From Deltaproteobacteria bacterium (lineage in GTDB: Bacteria; Desulfobacterota; Desulfomonilia; UBA1062): 64,000 nucleotides of DNA. A model generated the notes under the pieces. It did not search any database, had not been told where the DNA came from, and worked only from the letters and a program-made list of their open reading frames with translations. Where the stretch lies: positions 23,402-87,401 of the forward strand of contig JAKPQL010000065.1 of the NCBI GenBank assembly GCA_029547045.1, in the 5' to 3' direction. The position numbers were made by a program, and so were the translations under genes. Shown here one piece after another: positions 1 to 7,966 of the stretch (positions within the stretch are counted from its first letter, which is position 1; the number at the start of each line of letters is the position of its first letter).

Positions 1-28
1 CCGAACGAGGGGCTCGAACCCTCCCTCT

Positions 29-1420
29 TTAAGCCGGGACCGGCTGAAGGCGATAGTGCGCGATCATCCTCGCATACGCCTTGAGCGCCCTCTCCGGGGT
101 GGGGAAGACCGCCATGCCGCTGTCGTGCAGGGGCTTCAGGAGGTGCGCCTGGTCGATCTGGACGAACCCGGGGTACGCGATGGCAATGATGTGCTTGTCC
201 GTGCCTCGCTGTGCGCGTATGAGGTCCTGGACATAGACCGCGCTCATGTCCTCGGACGCCCCGCCGCCCAGCATGAGAACGGCATCCACACCCGGGTCGG
301 CAAGCACGATGGCCAGGGCCTCCCGGTACAGCCCCACCTCGAAGGCTGCGCCGAGCCCCACGTCCACGGGGTTGGCGGGGGACGTCCCGGTGGGCGGGAT
401 CACCTTCCTCAGGGCAGCCACGGTCTCACCGGATAGCTCTGCCATGCTCAGGCCGCACCGCTCCACCGCATCGGAGGCCGACACCGCGGGCCCGCCCGGG
501 CCCGAGATGATCGCCACCCGGCCCGTGCCCTGCGGGGCCATGCACGAGAAGGCCATGGCCAGGTCGCACATCTCCTCGATGTCGTACACGTCCATGATGT
601 GGAACTGCCGGAACAGGCTCCTCCACAGCCTCTCCTCCCCGGTGAGCGCGCCGGTGTGGGATGCGGCTGCCCTGGCGCCCGAGGCCGTGAGCCCCACCTT
701 CCACATGATCACGGGCTTGTCCCTCGTGGTCTCCCGCAGGGCGGCGATGAGGCCGGCCGGGTCCCGCACGCCCTCGCAGTAGGTGCAGATGAGCCGGGTT
801 TTCTCGTCGCGGCCCATCCACGCGAGGAGGTCGGCCAGCTCGAGGTCCGCGCCGTTGCCCGTGCTGAGGACGTGGCTGAAGGCAAGCCCCTTGGCCGAGC
901 AGAGGTTCACGAACAGGTTCACGAGCGACCCGCTCTGGCTGATGAACCCGAGGCTGCCGGGCGTCTTGGGCATGCCCGGAAACGGTGCGATGCGGGAACC
1001 CGGCGAGAACACGCCCATGCAGTTGGGCCCCAGGATACGGAACCCCCCCTCCCGGGCCATGGCCTTCATGCGTTCCTCGTCGGCGCGGCCTGAATCACCC
1101 CCCAGCTCGGAGAACCCCGAGGTGTAGAGGATCACCGCCTTCACCCGCTTCCGGGCGCACTCGGCGAGCGCCGAAAAGACCGTTTCCTTCGGCGACATGA
1201 CGATGACCAGGTCCACCCCGTTGGGCACCGCATCGAGGTCCTTATAGGTGCTATGGCCGTCGATCTCCTTCGCAGAGGGGTGGATGAGGTGGATGGGTCC
1301 CTCGAAGCCCTGGTCCAGGAGCCCCAGGAGAAAGACCTTGCCCGGTTTGAGCCCCCGGGGTATGCCGTAGAGCGCCACTGACTGCGGGGAGAACAGGCCC
1401 TGGAGATCGTCGCGCACCGT
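29..1420 (-). CDS. Acetate--CoA ligase (ADP-forming) alpha-like / CoA-binding domain protein (succinyl-CoA synthetase-like fold)
   Basis: The 486-aa ORF has the N-terminal motif 'LFSPQSVALYGIP...KPGKV' typical of NDP-forming acyl-CoA synthetase alpha subunits, followed by 'ILGPNCMG' and a C-terminal ligase-CoA domain. I prefer a GTG start at 1420 because AGGAGG sits 6 nt upstream; the ORF finder used TTG at 1489. Confidence 0.7.
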   Translation of the reverse strand, partial: TVRDDLQGLFSPQSVALYGIPRGLKPGKVFLLGLLDQGFEGPIHLIHPSAKEIDGHSTYKDLDAVPNGVDLVIVMSPKETVFSALAECARKRVKAVILYTSGFSELGGDSGRADEERMKAMAREGGFRILGPNCMGVFSPGSRIAPFPGMPKTPGSLGFISQSGSLVNLFVNLCSAKGLAFSHVLSTGNGADLELADLLAWMGRDEKTRLICTYCEGVRDPAGLIAALRETTRDKPVIMWKVGLTASGARAAASHTGALTGEERLWRSLFRQFHIMDVYDIEEMCDLAMAFSCMAPQGTGRVAIISGPGGPAVSASDAVERCGLSMAELSGETVAALRKVIPPTGTSPANPVDVGLGAAFEVGLYREALAIVLADPGVDAVLMLGGGASEDMSAVYVQDLIRAQRGTDKHIIAIAYPGFVQIDQAHLLKPLHDSGMAVFPTPERALKAYARMIAHYRLQPVPA

Positions 1421-1588
1421 GTCACCTCCTGCCACACACATTCGCCGCGCTGACAACGCACTGCACCGCCATAGTACCACCCCTTGCAAAGAACAGAAAG
1501 GGGCATGCCCAGCGCAGGGCTATCCCTTGAAAATCTCCTTTCCTCTCATATCATGGATTGAAAGAACGATTCCACGAGGGACCGGGCC

Positions 1589-2791
1589 ATGCTGAACAGG
1601 GTTATCCTCCCCATTACAGCGGCGCTGCTGCTCTCCGGCCTCTTTCTGCTCTTCCTCAGCTACCGGACCGTGGAAGACAGGACCATAGAGCAGCTCAATG
1701 CCCGCCAGGCCATCCACGCCGAGCAGGCCATCCTGACCATTCGAGAATCCTTCGAGCATGACCTGCGGTTCCTGTCATCCCTGGCGGGGAACGCCCACAT
1801 CAGGGAGCTGGACGCCCAGGGCAGGGACCTGATGGACCAGTTCTTCAACGCGCACCGGGAGAACATATCCGCCGTCACCCGCATCGGCAAGGATGGCGAC
1901 ATCACCTACACCTCCCCCCTGGTGCAGGGGGTCATCGGCAGAAATGTCCTGCACCAGAAGCACAATGCGCCGGAGGTCTTCCGGTCGGACAGGCGGGTGA
2001 TCAGCGATGTCTTCAGGGCCGTGCAGGGATACGATGCAGTGGCGGTCCACGTCCCGGTGACCCATGACGGCGTCTTTTTGGGGCGCCTGTCCATCCTGCT
2101 CCCCTTCCAGACCATCTCGAGACGATTCCTGACCACCATCAGGGTGGGCGAAACCGGTCATGCATGGATGGTGGGCAGGGACGGCACCATCCTCTACCAC
2201 CCCGTTCAGGCGTATGTGGGAAGGCCAGCCCGGGAGGTCTTCAGCGAATCCCCGGAGCTCGTCGCAGTGATCGACGCCATGACCGCCGGCGCAAGCGGCA
2301 CTGCAGAGCATCTCTCCCACGGCCAGGTGATGGAAACGGTCTACCGCCCCATCGACCTGGGCACGACCCTGTGGTCCCTGGCGGTTTCCACCCCCCGGAA
2401 AGAGGCCCTGGCCATCATCGCGGGGTTCAGGAACCAGTGGCTGCTCATCATGGCCATCCTGGTGGCGACCTTCCTCCTGTACGGGTACGGCATGGCGCGG
2501 GGACGCCGCGCCCTCGCCAGGCGGGCAGCCGAGCTTGCCGAGGCCAACGAGAGTCTCCAGAAGGCCCTGGCAGAGGTGAAGACGCTCAGCGGCCTGCTGC
2601 CCATCTGCGTGAACTGCCACAAGATCAGGGACGACTCCGGCTACTGGAGCCAGGTGGAGTCCTACGTGGAAAAGCACTCCGATGCCCAGTTCAGCCACAG
2701 TCTCTGCCCGGAGTGCGAGGGGAAGCTCTACGGCGGCGAGGACTGGTACCGGTCCCTGAAAAAGGGGAAGGGTGAGCGCGAAGAAGGCTGA
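1589..2791 (+). CDS. Membrane sensor protein: periplasmic Cache-like domain, TM helix, coiled-coil, and a C-terminal Cys/His zinc-ribbon-like module. It has no kinase, GGDEF or MCP domain.
   Basis: Two TM segments lie at about aa 8-30 and 272-296, flanking a periplasmic domain of about 245 aa. The C-terminus reads 'LAEANESLQKALAEVKTLSGLLPICVNCHKIRDDSGYWSQVESYVEKHSDAQFSHSLCPECEGK'. Confidence 0.6.
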   Translation: MLNRVILPITAALLLSGLFLLFLSYRTVEDRTIEQLNARQAIHAEQAILTIRESFEHDLRFLSSLAGNAHIRELDAQGRDLMDQFFNAHRENISAVTRIGKDGDITYTSPLVQGVIGRNVLHQKHNAPEVFRSDRRVISDVFRAVQGYDAVAVHVPVTHDGVFLGRLSILLPFQTISRRFLTTIRVGETGHAWMVGRDGTILYHPVQAYVGRPAREVFSESPELVAVIDAMTAGASGTAEHLSHGQVMETVYRPIDLGTTLWSLAVSTPRKEALAIIAGFRNQWLLIMAILVATFLLYGYGMARGRRALARRAAELAEANESLQKALAEVKTLSGLLPICVNCHKIRDDSGYWSQVESYVEKHSDAQFSHSLCPECEGKLYGGEDWYRSLKKGKGEREEG

Positions 2792-3134
2792 GCCCGCAAC
2801 AACAGGACCTGCCCCCCTTATCGCCAGTCCTCCAGATCGTACCTTTCCGCCCCCCCCTCACCTCGCCGGACGCGCGCGACATCCACTCCTTGGAGGCGCC
2901 CACGACCCCTGTCGCCCTGCCCCTCCGGCATTCCTGAACGGCCCGCTCCCAGGGCATGGTCACGTACTTCACCGTATGCGAGGCACGGATGAATGAAGGA
3001 ATCATGTATCAAGAACCCGGGGACCCCCTTCTTTCATAGATTGGTCCTTCACCACGTCGAATGTCATTCCGCCAGGGGCCGGCCGGAGCGTCCTCAACGC
3101 GGGACGAGGGCACGGAAGGAGGGCGTACCCTTCG

Positions 3135-3665
3135 TCAACCCTCAGCCGCAGCGAGCACGGCGTTAAGGTCCGCATGGTCCCCGGCAGAGGTGTTGCGGTG
3201 CTGGAACAGGAGTGTCTCTCCCGGGCCCAGGACAAAGACGCCGCCCTGCTGCCACAGGTCGCCGTCTGGCCGGCCCTGGCGGAAACCCTGCATCATGGCC
3301 CTGATGCCGCGGACGAGGGAGGCTGGGCCCAGGGTCTTCCAGATGCCCCGTTCGAGCCGGAAGGCCCGGTACGCGCTGAGGTCCGGGTTCACGTACATGT
3401 CAGCTGAGAACCCGAGCGTATCCATGAACCGCCTCGCGCCCTCGGGGCTGCCGCTGCCGATGGCGATCAGAGCGACCCCTGAAGCCTCCAGCCTTCCTTT
3501 GATAACCATGAGGGCAGCAGCCTGCTGCCTGGCGAACATTCAGCCGAAGTGGCGGAGAAAGACAAGCACGACCCTCCTGCCCTGCCACAGCGACTCCAGC
3601 GCCACATCCTTCCCGTCGATGCCTGTCACGGAAATGCCCGCAATGCGAGTCTTCAGTTCGTCATA
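3135..3665 (-). CDS. AhpC/TSA (peroxiredoxin-like, thioredoxin fold) protein with an in-frame TGA at 3540-3542, read as a putative selenocysteine
   Basis: The upstream part MTELKTRIAGISVTGIDGKDVALESLWQGRRVVLVFLRHFG-[TGA]-MFARQQAAALMVIKGRLEASGVALIAIGSGSPEGARRF... lies in the same frame as the 134-aa ORF at 3135..3539. The TGA falls exactly where Prx-like proteins carry the redox Cys ('FLRHFGC'). Confidence 0.55.
3513..3529 (-). promoter_or_regulatory. SECIS-like hairpin (GGCAGCA-GGC-UGCUGCC) starting 11 nt 3' of the in-frame UGA
   Basis: The mRNA-sense sequence is UGA AUG UUC GCC A GGCAGCAGGCUGCUGCC. It forms a 7-bp perfect stem with a G-rich apical loop. Its spacing from UGA matches bacterial SECIS elements such as the one in fdhF. 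Confidence 0.35.
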
Positions 3666-3694
3666 GGTCATGGACCCCTCCTCCGAGTGTTTCA

Positions 3695-3707
3695 TTCAAT
3701 TTGAATC
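3695..3707. promoter_or_regulatory. Perfect palindrome ATTCAA-T-TTGAAT in the prx-like/marR intergenic region; candidate MarR operator
   Basis: The 13-bp inverted repeat sits about 30 nt upstream of the start of the Prx-like gene. Confidence 0.35.
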
Positions 3708-3817
3708 TCATGTCTTCTGTAGTAATGAGTCCTTTCTGTTTATCAAGGTGCAGGGGATCAGTGAACAAGGATCTTCCTGCCCGGGGGTCCAGTACCGGGA
3801 ATCGGCTCTTGTCTTTT

Positions 3818-3831
3818 GTTTGACATCAAAC
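3818..3831. promoter_or_regulatory. Palindrome GTTTGA-CA-TCAAAC overlapping a TTGACA -35-like hexamer just upstream of marR
   Basis: The 14-bp inverted repeat lies 13 nt upstream of the marR ATG. This is the usual position for a MarR autoregulatory operator. Confidence 0.4.
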
Positions 3832-3843
3832 TATTCTGGCCCC

Positions 3844-4266
3844 ATGAAACCCGAGCTCATCATGCTCCAGATCAGCAGGATCCGGGACAAGGGACACGCC
3901 TTCCTCGCCCGGGAGCTTGCCGCCAGGAACCTCAAGGGCATCGCTCCCACCCATGGCGACATCCTCTGGGCGCTCTTCACCCACGGCGACCTGCCCATGA
4001 AGAGGATCGCCGAGCTCATCAACCGGGACAAATCCACCGTCACCGCGCTGGTGGCCAAACTCATCGACGGCGGGTACGTGGCGCGCACGGCCCATGACTC
4101 GGACCTCCGCAGCACCGTGGTGTCACTCACCGAGAAAGGCCGTGCCATGCAGAAGGACTTCTGGCAGGTGTCCGAACGCCTGCGGGAAAAGGCATACCGG
4201 GGGCTGTCCGATGAGGAAAAGCACACCCTCGTGAACCTCCTCACGAAGATACATGACAATTTCTAA
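3844..4266 (+). CDS. MarR family transcriptional regulator
   Basis: The 140-aa product has a winged-helix MarR signature ('KRIAELINRDKSTVTALVAKLIDGGYVAR...DLRSTVVSLTEKG'). Its start is taken at the internal ATG (MKPELIM...). Confidence 0.8.
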   Translation: MKPELIMLQISRIRDKGHAFLARELAARNLKGIAPTHGDILWALFTHGDLPMKRIAELINRDKSTVTALVAKLIDGGYVARTAHDSDLRSTVVSLTEKGRAMQKDFWQVSERLREKAYRGLSDEEKHTLVNLLTKIHDNF

Positions 4267-4316
4267 ATTTTTTTCTGCATAAAGTTGGACATCAAACCAA
4301 TGGAGGGGTTCTGAAC

Positions 4317-4743
4317 ATGGACAAGAAGACACAGGATATGATCCAGGCACACCTGGGCTACACGGATGAGGAGATGGCGATCTTCATGGAAAACCCCCGC
4401 AACCTCGATGTCATCGCAAAGGCACCGGCGCTCCAAGGCAAGACCATCATCGCCGAGGTGGTGGAGGCGTCCGGGTGCAACTCGGGGCACAGGAAGGGCG
4501 ACCGGTTCGTGTTCGACGGCGCAGGGGAACCTGATCACCGCGCTGAACCCAAAAAGGGTCTGCTGCTTCGCCCTGAGCCCTCTCCTGCCGCTCATCCACG
4601 CGGCTGACGAACTCCTCTATGCGGGCATCGACCCCAACGCCATGCGCTTCAGGCGCACCGGGTGCTTCGACACCGGCATACAGTGCGGCGGATGGGGCCA
4701 CATCGTGATGGAGATAAGGGTGGAAGACCGCGCAAAGACATGA
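4317..4743 (+). pseudogene. Small Cys-rich conserved protein (TIGR04076-like) split by a +1 frameshift in a GGGG run near 4524-4527
   Basis: Frame 0 ends ...HRKGDRFVFDGAG and frame +1 continues NLITALNPKRVCCFALSPLLPLIHAADELLYAGIDPNAMRFRRTGCFDTGIQCGGWGHIVMEIRV. Removing one G from 'gcaggggaac' joins them into a single ~135-aa protein. A sequencing error is possible. Confidence 0.5.
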
Positions 4744-4759
4744 ATGAAGGGAGATCCAT

Positions 4760-5158
4760 ATGATGAACAGAGAGCAAGCCAGAGAATTCGCGTCGAGGTG
4801 GCTGCCGGCGTGGACCGGGAACGATCCTGAGCGGCTTGCCGCCTTCTATTCCGATGACGTCTTGTATATCGACCCGGCCATACCGGACGGGGTGAGGGGC
4901 AAGGATGCGCTGCTGAGGTATTTCCGGAAACTCCTCGCTGCCAATCCGGAATGGGTCTGGACGCAGATCGAGCCCATTCCCATGGAAGGAGGGTTCGTGA
5001 ACAAGTGGCACGCACGGATCCCGGTGGGACCCAAGGTCCTCGAATGCATCGGCGTCTGCTTCGTGCAGTTCGACGATGACGGGAAGATCAGGCGCAACGA
5101 GGTCTATTTCGACCGGCACGAGCTCATCACCGAGATCATGGCTCTCCAGAAGAAATGA
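4760..5158 (+). CDS. SnoaL-like / NTF2-like domain protein
   Basis: The 132-aa product has the N-terminus 'EFASRWLPAWTGNDPERLAAFYSDDVLYIDPA' and a C-terminal 'IRRNEVYFD' typical of SnoaL/DUF4440 folds. Confidence 0.65.
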   Translation: MMNREQAREFASRWLPAWTGNDPERLAAFYSDDVLYIDPAIPDGVRGKDALLRYFRKLLAANPEWVWTQIEPIPMEGGFVNKWHARIPVGPKVLECIGVCFVQFDDDGKIRRNEVYFDRHELITEIMALQKK

Positions 5159-5234
5159 ATCGCATCCTGTGTCACACTCCGCTTCTCACATGCGTATAAG
5201 GGGCAGGCAGGCAACAAAACACGGGAGGTCAGCG

Positions 5235-6116
5235 GTGCACAACCCCTTCATGGAAAGACAGGGTACGGACCGGAAGGACCAGGAGCTCATCGAGCTGGCC
5301 CTCGCGGGCAGTGGCGCCGACCTCGAGGCACTCATCCTCAGGCACCAGGCCTGGATCTACAACATCGCACTGGGCATGACCTGCGACCCCCACGGAGCCC
5401 AGGACATCACCCAGGAGATCCTGGTGAAGGCGATCACCGCGCTCGCCACCTTTGACAGGGCAAAGGCGTCGTTCAGGACATGGCTCTACCGGATCGTGGC
5501 GAACCACGTGCTGTCGCTCAGACGCATGAAAAGGGAAGAGACCTTTTCCTCCCTCGTCACCCCTGAAGCGTATCACGAGTACGTGGAGTCCATCCCGGAC
5601 GAGAAACCGGGCAACGGGCCCGAGCACAAGGCCCTGACGCGAGAGGCGAGGAACACCTGCATCGCGGGCATGCTCCTGTGCCTGGACCACCGGCAGCGCC
5701 TGGTCTTCATCCTGGGCGCCATCTTCGGGGTGAGCGACGCCGTGGGCAGCGAGATCCTCGAGATGTCCCGGCCGAACTTCCGCAAGATCCTCTCCCGGTC
5801 GCGGAGCAGGCTGGCGAATTTCTTCACCGGCACGTGCAGCCTCGTAAACGAGAACAACCCCTGCAGGTGCGACAGGTGGATCGAACCCATGCAAAGGCTC
5901 GAGCTCATCGGGAGAGATGATGCGTCCGGACAGACCCGTTTCCGGCGTATCGCCGAGGTCGTGGAGGGTCGGGCCAGGGAGTTCCGCGACTTCTATGACC
6001 GTGAGGTGGTGGGCCTCTACCGGGAGCTGCCCTTCGCGGATCCGCCGGACATGGTGTCCTGGATCAGGAGGGCAATAACCACCGAGGAGTTCAAGGGTTT
6101 CATGGACCTGCACTAG
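5235..6116 (+). CDS. ECF (sigma-70 family) RNA polymerase sigma factor with a ~100-aa C-terminal extension
   Basis: Region 2 reads 'AQDITQEILVKAITALATFDRAKASFRTWLYRIVANHVLSLRR' and region 4 reads 'VFILGAIFGVSDAVGSEILEMSRPNFRKILSRSRSRLANF'. An extra C-terminal region contains 'CSLVNENNPCRC'. The GTG start at 5235 has GGAGG 5 nt upstream. Confidence 0.75.
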   Translation: MHNPFMERQGTDRKDQELIELALAGSGADLEALILRHQAWIYNIALGMTCDPHGAQDITQEILVKAITALATFDRAKASFRTWLYRIVANHVLSLRRMKREETFSSLVTPEAYHEYVESIPDEKPGNGPEHKALTREARNTCIAGMLLCLDHRQRLVFILGAIFGVSDAVGSEILEMSRPNFRKILSRSRSRLANFFTGTCSLVNENNPCRCDRWIEPMQRLELIGRDDASGQTRFRRIAEVVEGRAREFRDFYDREVVGLYRELPFADPPDMVSWIRRAITTEEFKGFMDLH

Positions 6117-6229
6117 CGTCCGCGGAGCCGGGGCAGCAGGTCGAATCAGGTGCTTTCCATGCGCGGGGATATCCCTGCGCGCATGATGGAGGATCCGTTT
6201 CCAAACAGAATAGACAAAGGAGAAGGACG

Positions 6230-6592
6230 ATGAATGCCAGACTTTCATATTGCGGTATCGACTGCAGCGCCTGCCCGACTTACCGGGCCACCCAGGCGGA
6301 CGACGACGCGAAGCGGGCCAAGGTGGCGGCCTTCTGGTCCAGGATGTTCGGCACAGAGATCGCACCCTCGGACATCAACTGCGACGGGTGCAGGAAGGAC
6401 GGCGGCAGGCTCTTCGGCCACTGCCGAACCTGCGCGGTCAGGCTGTGCGCCAGGGACAGGGCGCTCGCATCATGCGGCCGCTGCGGGGAGTACTCCTGCG
6501 ACAAGCTCGACGGCCTGCTCGCCCTCCTGCCCATGGAGGAGCCGCGGAAGAACCTTGATGCCATCCGGCAGGGGAGCATGGACCCTCTCTGA
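6230..6592 (+). CDS. DUF3795 family Cys-rich protein
   Basis: The protein begins 'LSYCGIDCSACPTY' and has further CxxC pairs at CDGC and CGRC. An AAGGAGAAGGA RBS lies upstream. Confidence 0.7.
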   Translation: MNARLSYCGIDCSACPTYRATQADDDAKRAKVAAFWSRMFGTEIAPSDINCDGCRKDGGRLFGHCRTCAVRLCARDRALASCGRCGEYSCDKLDGLLALLPMEEPRKNLDAIRQGSMDPL

Positions 6593-6745
6593 GAACCACG
6601 ACGACGCGTGTTCGGCCATGCACGGACATTGCCCGGGGAAAGAAGAGGCGTCCTTCATAGAACGATCGCTCGCTTTTCGACATTGACACGGCCGTCCTCC
6701 ACTCTTAGAATGCGTGCCATCACCAGGCCCGAAGGGAGGGTGACC

Positions 6746-7837
6746 ATGGAACGTGACATCTACCAGGAGCTCCGGGAGCGCATCGACCAGTACTCCGTGG
6801 GCATGAGCGCCTCGGGTAGCGGCAAGGAGATCGCCATCCTGAGGCGCCTGTTCAGCGAGGAGGAGGCCCTCGTGTACCTTGCGCTCAGCCGCAGGCTCGA
6901 ACCGGTGCGGTCCGTGGCGGCGAAGACCGGCATGTCAGAGAAGGAAGCGGCCCGCATCCTTGAGCGCATGAAAGAGAAGGGGCTGGTCTTCCCGAAGACC
7001 TCCCGGGGCGAGAAGTACTACGCCGCAGCCCCCTTCATGCACGGCTTCTTCGAGCACCAGCTCTACCGGAAGGACCCGGACCCGGAGCTCCCGCGGCTCA
7101 TCGAGGACTACCTCACCGGCGGTTTCTTCCCCCGGACCCGGACGCTCCGCACCATACCCATCCGCGCCGAGCTGCCCGACCACAAGAAGGTGCTCCCCTT
7201 TGACGACGTGCGGGAGATCATCAGGAGCAAGGACCGTATCGGCCTGTTCGAATGCGCCTGCGGCCACCACCTGAAGACCCTGGGCCTGCGCAGGTGCACC
7301 CACTCTGGCGAGGTGTGCATCGCCTTTGACTTCTATGCAGAATACCCCATCGAGGAGGCCGGGGTGGGTCGCTGGATCAGCCAGGCCGAGGCCCTGAACG
7401 TTGTAGAGTACGCAGAGGAGCAGGGACTGGTCCACCAGGTTGGCGGGGATGCGCGCAACGTGGAGTGCGTCTGCAACTGCTGCCCCGACTGCTGCACCAT
7501 CCTGCGCTTCCTCAAGCTCCTGCCCAACCCGGGCAGGGTGCTCTCGTCCAACTATACGCCGGGGTTCGACGGGGAGAAGTGCACTGCCTGCGGCGCATGC
7601 GTGAAGATCTGCCCCATGAAGGCGCTGCGCCTCGATGGCGAGACCATGGTGACCGAGACCGAGCGCTGCATCGGCTGCGGGCTCTGCGTGAGCGCCTGCA
7701 CCCACGGGGCACGCACGGTTCTCCTCAAGCCCGATGGAGTCATCAGAAGGCCGCCATCCCCGGAGAAGTACACCTTCATGCGCTCCTCCGTGGATTTCTG
7801 GGCAGACCTCGCCGTGGATGGAACGGACCGGCGATAA
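6746..7837 (+). CDS. Fe-S protein with an N-terminal winged-helix-like domain, a central Cys cluster and a C-terminal 2x[4Fe-4S] ferredoxin domain
   Basis: The ferredoxin motifs are 'CTACGACVKICP' and 'CIGCGLCVSAC'. The central Cys-rich stretch is 'CACGHH...CTHSGEVC...CVCNCCPDCC'. A GGGAGGG RBS lies 5 nt upstream of the ATG. Confidence 0.7.
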   Translation: MERDIYQELRERIDQYSVGMSASGSGKEIAILRRLFSEEEALVYLALSRRLEPVRSVAAKTGMSEKEAARILERMKEKGLVFPKTSRGEKYYAAAPFMHGFFEHQLYRKDPDPELPRLIEDYLTGGFFPRTRTLRTIPIRAELPDHKKVLPFDDVREIIRSKDRIGLFECACGHHLKTLGLRRCTHSGEVCIAFDFYAEYPIEEAGVGRWISQAEALNVVEYAEEQGLVHQVGGDARNVECVCNCCPDCCTILRFLKLLPNPGRVLSSNYTPGFDGEKCTACGACVKICPMKALRLDGETMVTETERCIGCGLCVSACTHGARTVLLKPDGVIRRPPSPEKYTFMRSSVDFWADLAVDGTDRR

Positions 7838-7966
7838 TATATCCGGGCAGGGATTTTTCATGCCGGATGACGCGTTCGAGCGGCTGGCCGTCATCCTCGA
7901 CCACTCCTGCAGGGCATCCTGGTTCAGTCGCCCGCTGCCTGGTACGTTCTGGGAAAGGAGGTTTTC

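Noticed and set aside
2792-3134. 340-nt GC-rich non-coding gap after the sensor gene, considered for an sRNA, riboswitch or missing kinase domain
   Set aside because: I found no convincing promoter or terminator pair, no conserved riboswitch-like structure, and no kinase-like translation in any frame. It is most likely a plain intergenic spacer containing the 3' UTRs of two convergent genes.
3844-4266. Reading the MarR as an OhrR-type peroxide-sensing repressor of the adjacent Prx-like gene
   Set aside because: The protein contains no cysteine, so the OhrR 1-Cys or 2-Cys sensing mechanism cannot apply. I kept it as a generic MarR-family regulator.
5229-6365. 378-aa ORF on the minus strand antisense to the ECF sigma factor. 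I treated the other long antisense ORFs in the same way: 6935..8044, 9600..11255, 12681..13625, 30728..32260, 32238..33659, 35440..36726, 40404..42677, 44866..46116 and 54089..54946.
   Set aside because: These frames show the Arg/Gly/Pro/Ala-rich, low-complexity composition typical of spurious open frames in high-GC DNA. Each fully overlaps a well-supported gene with recognisable motifs on the other strand. None has an RBS or known motifs.
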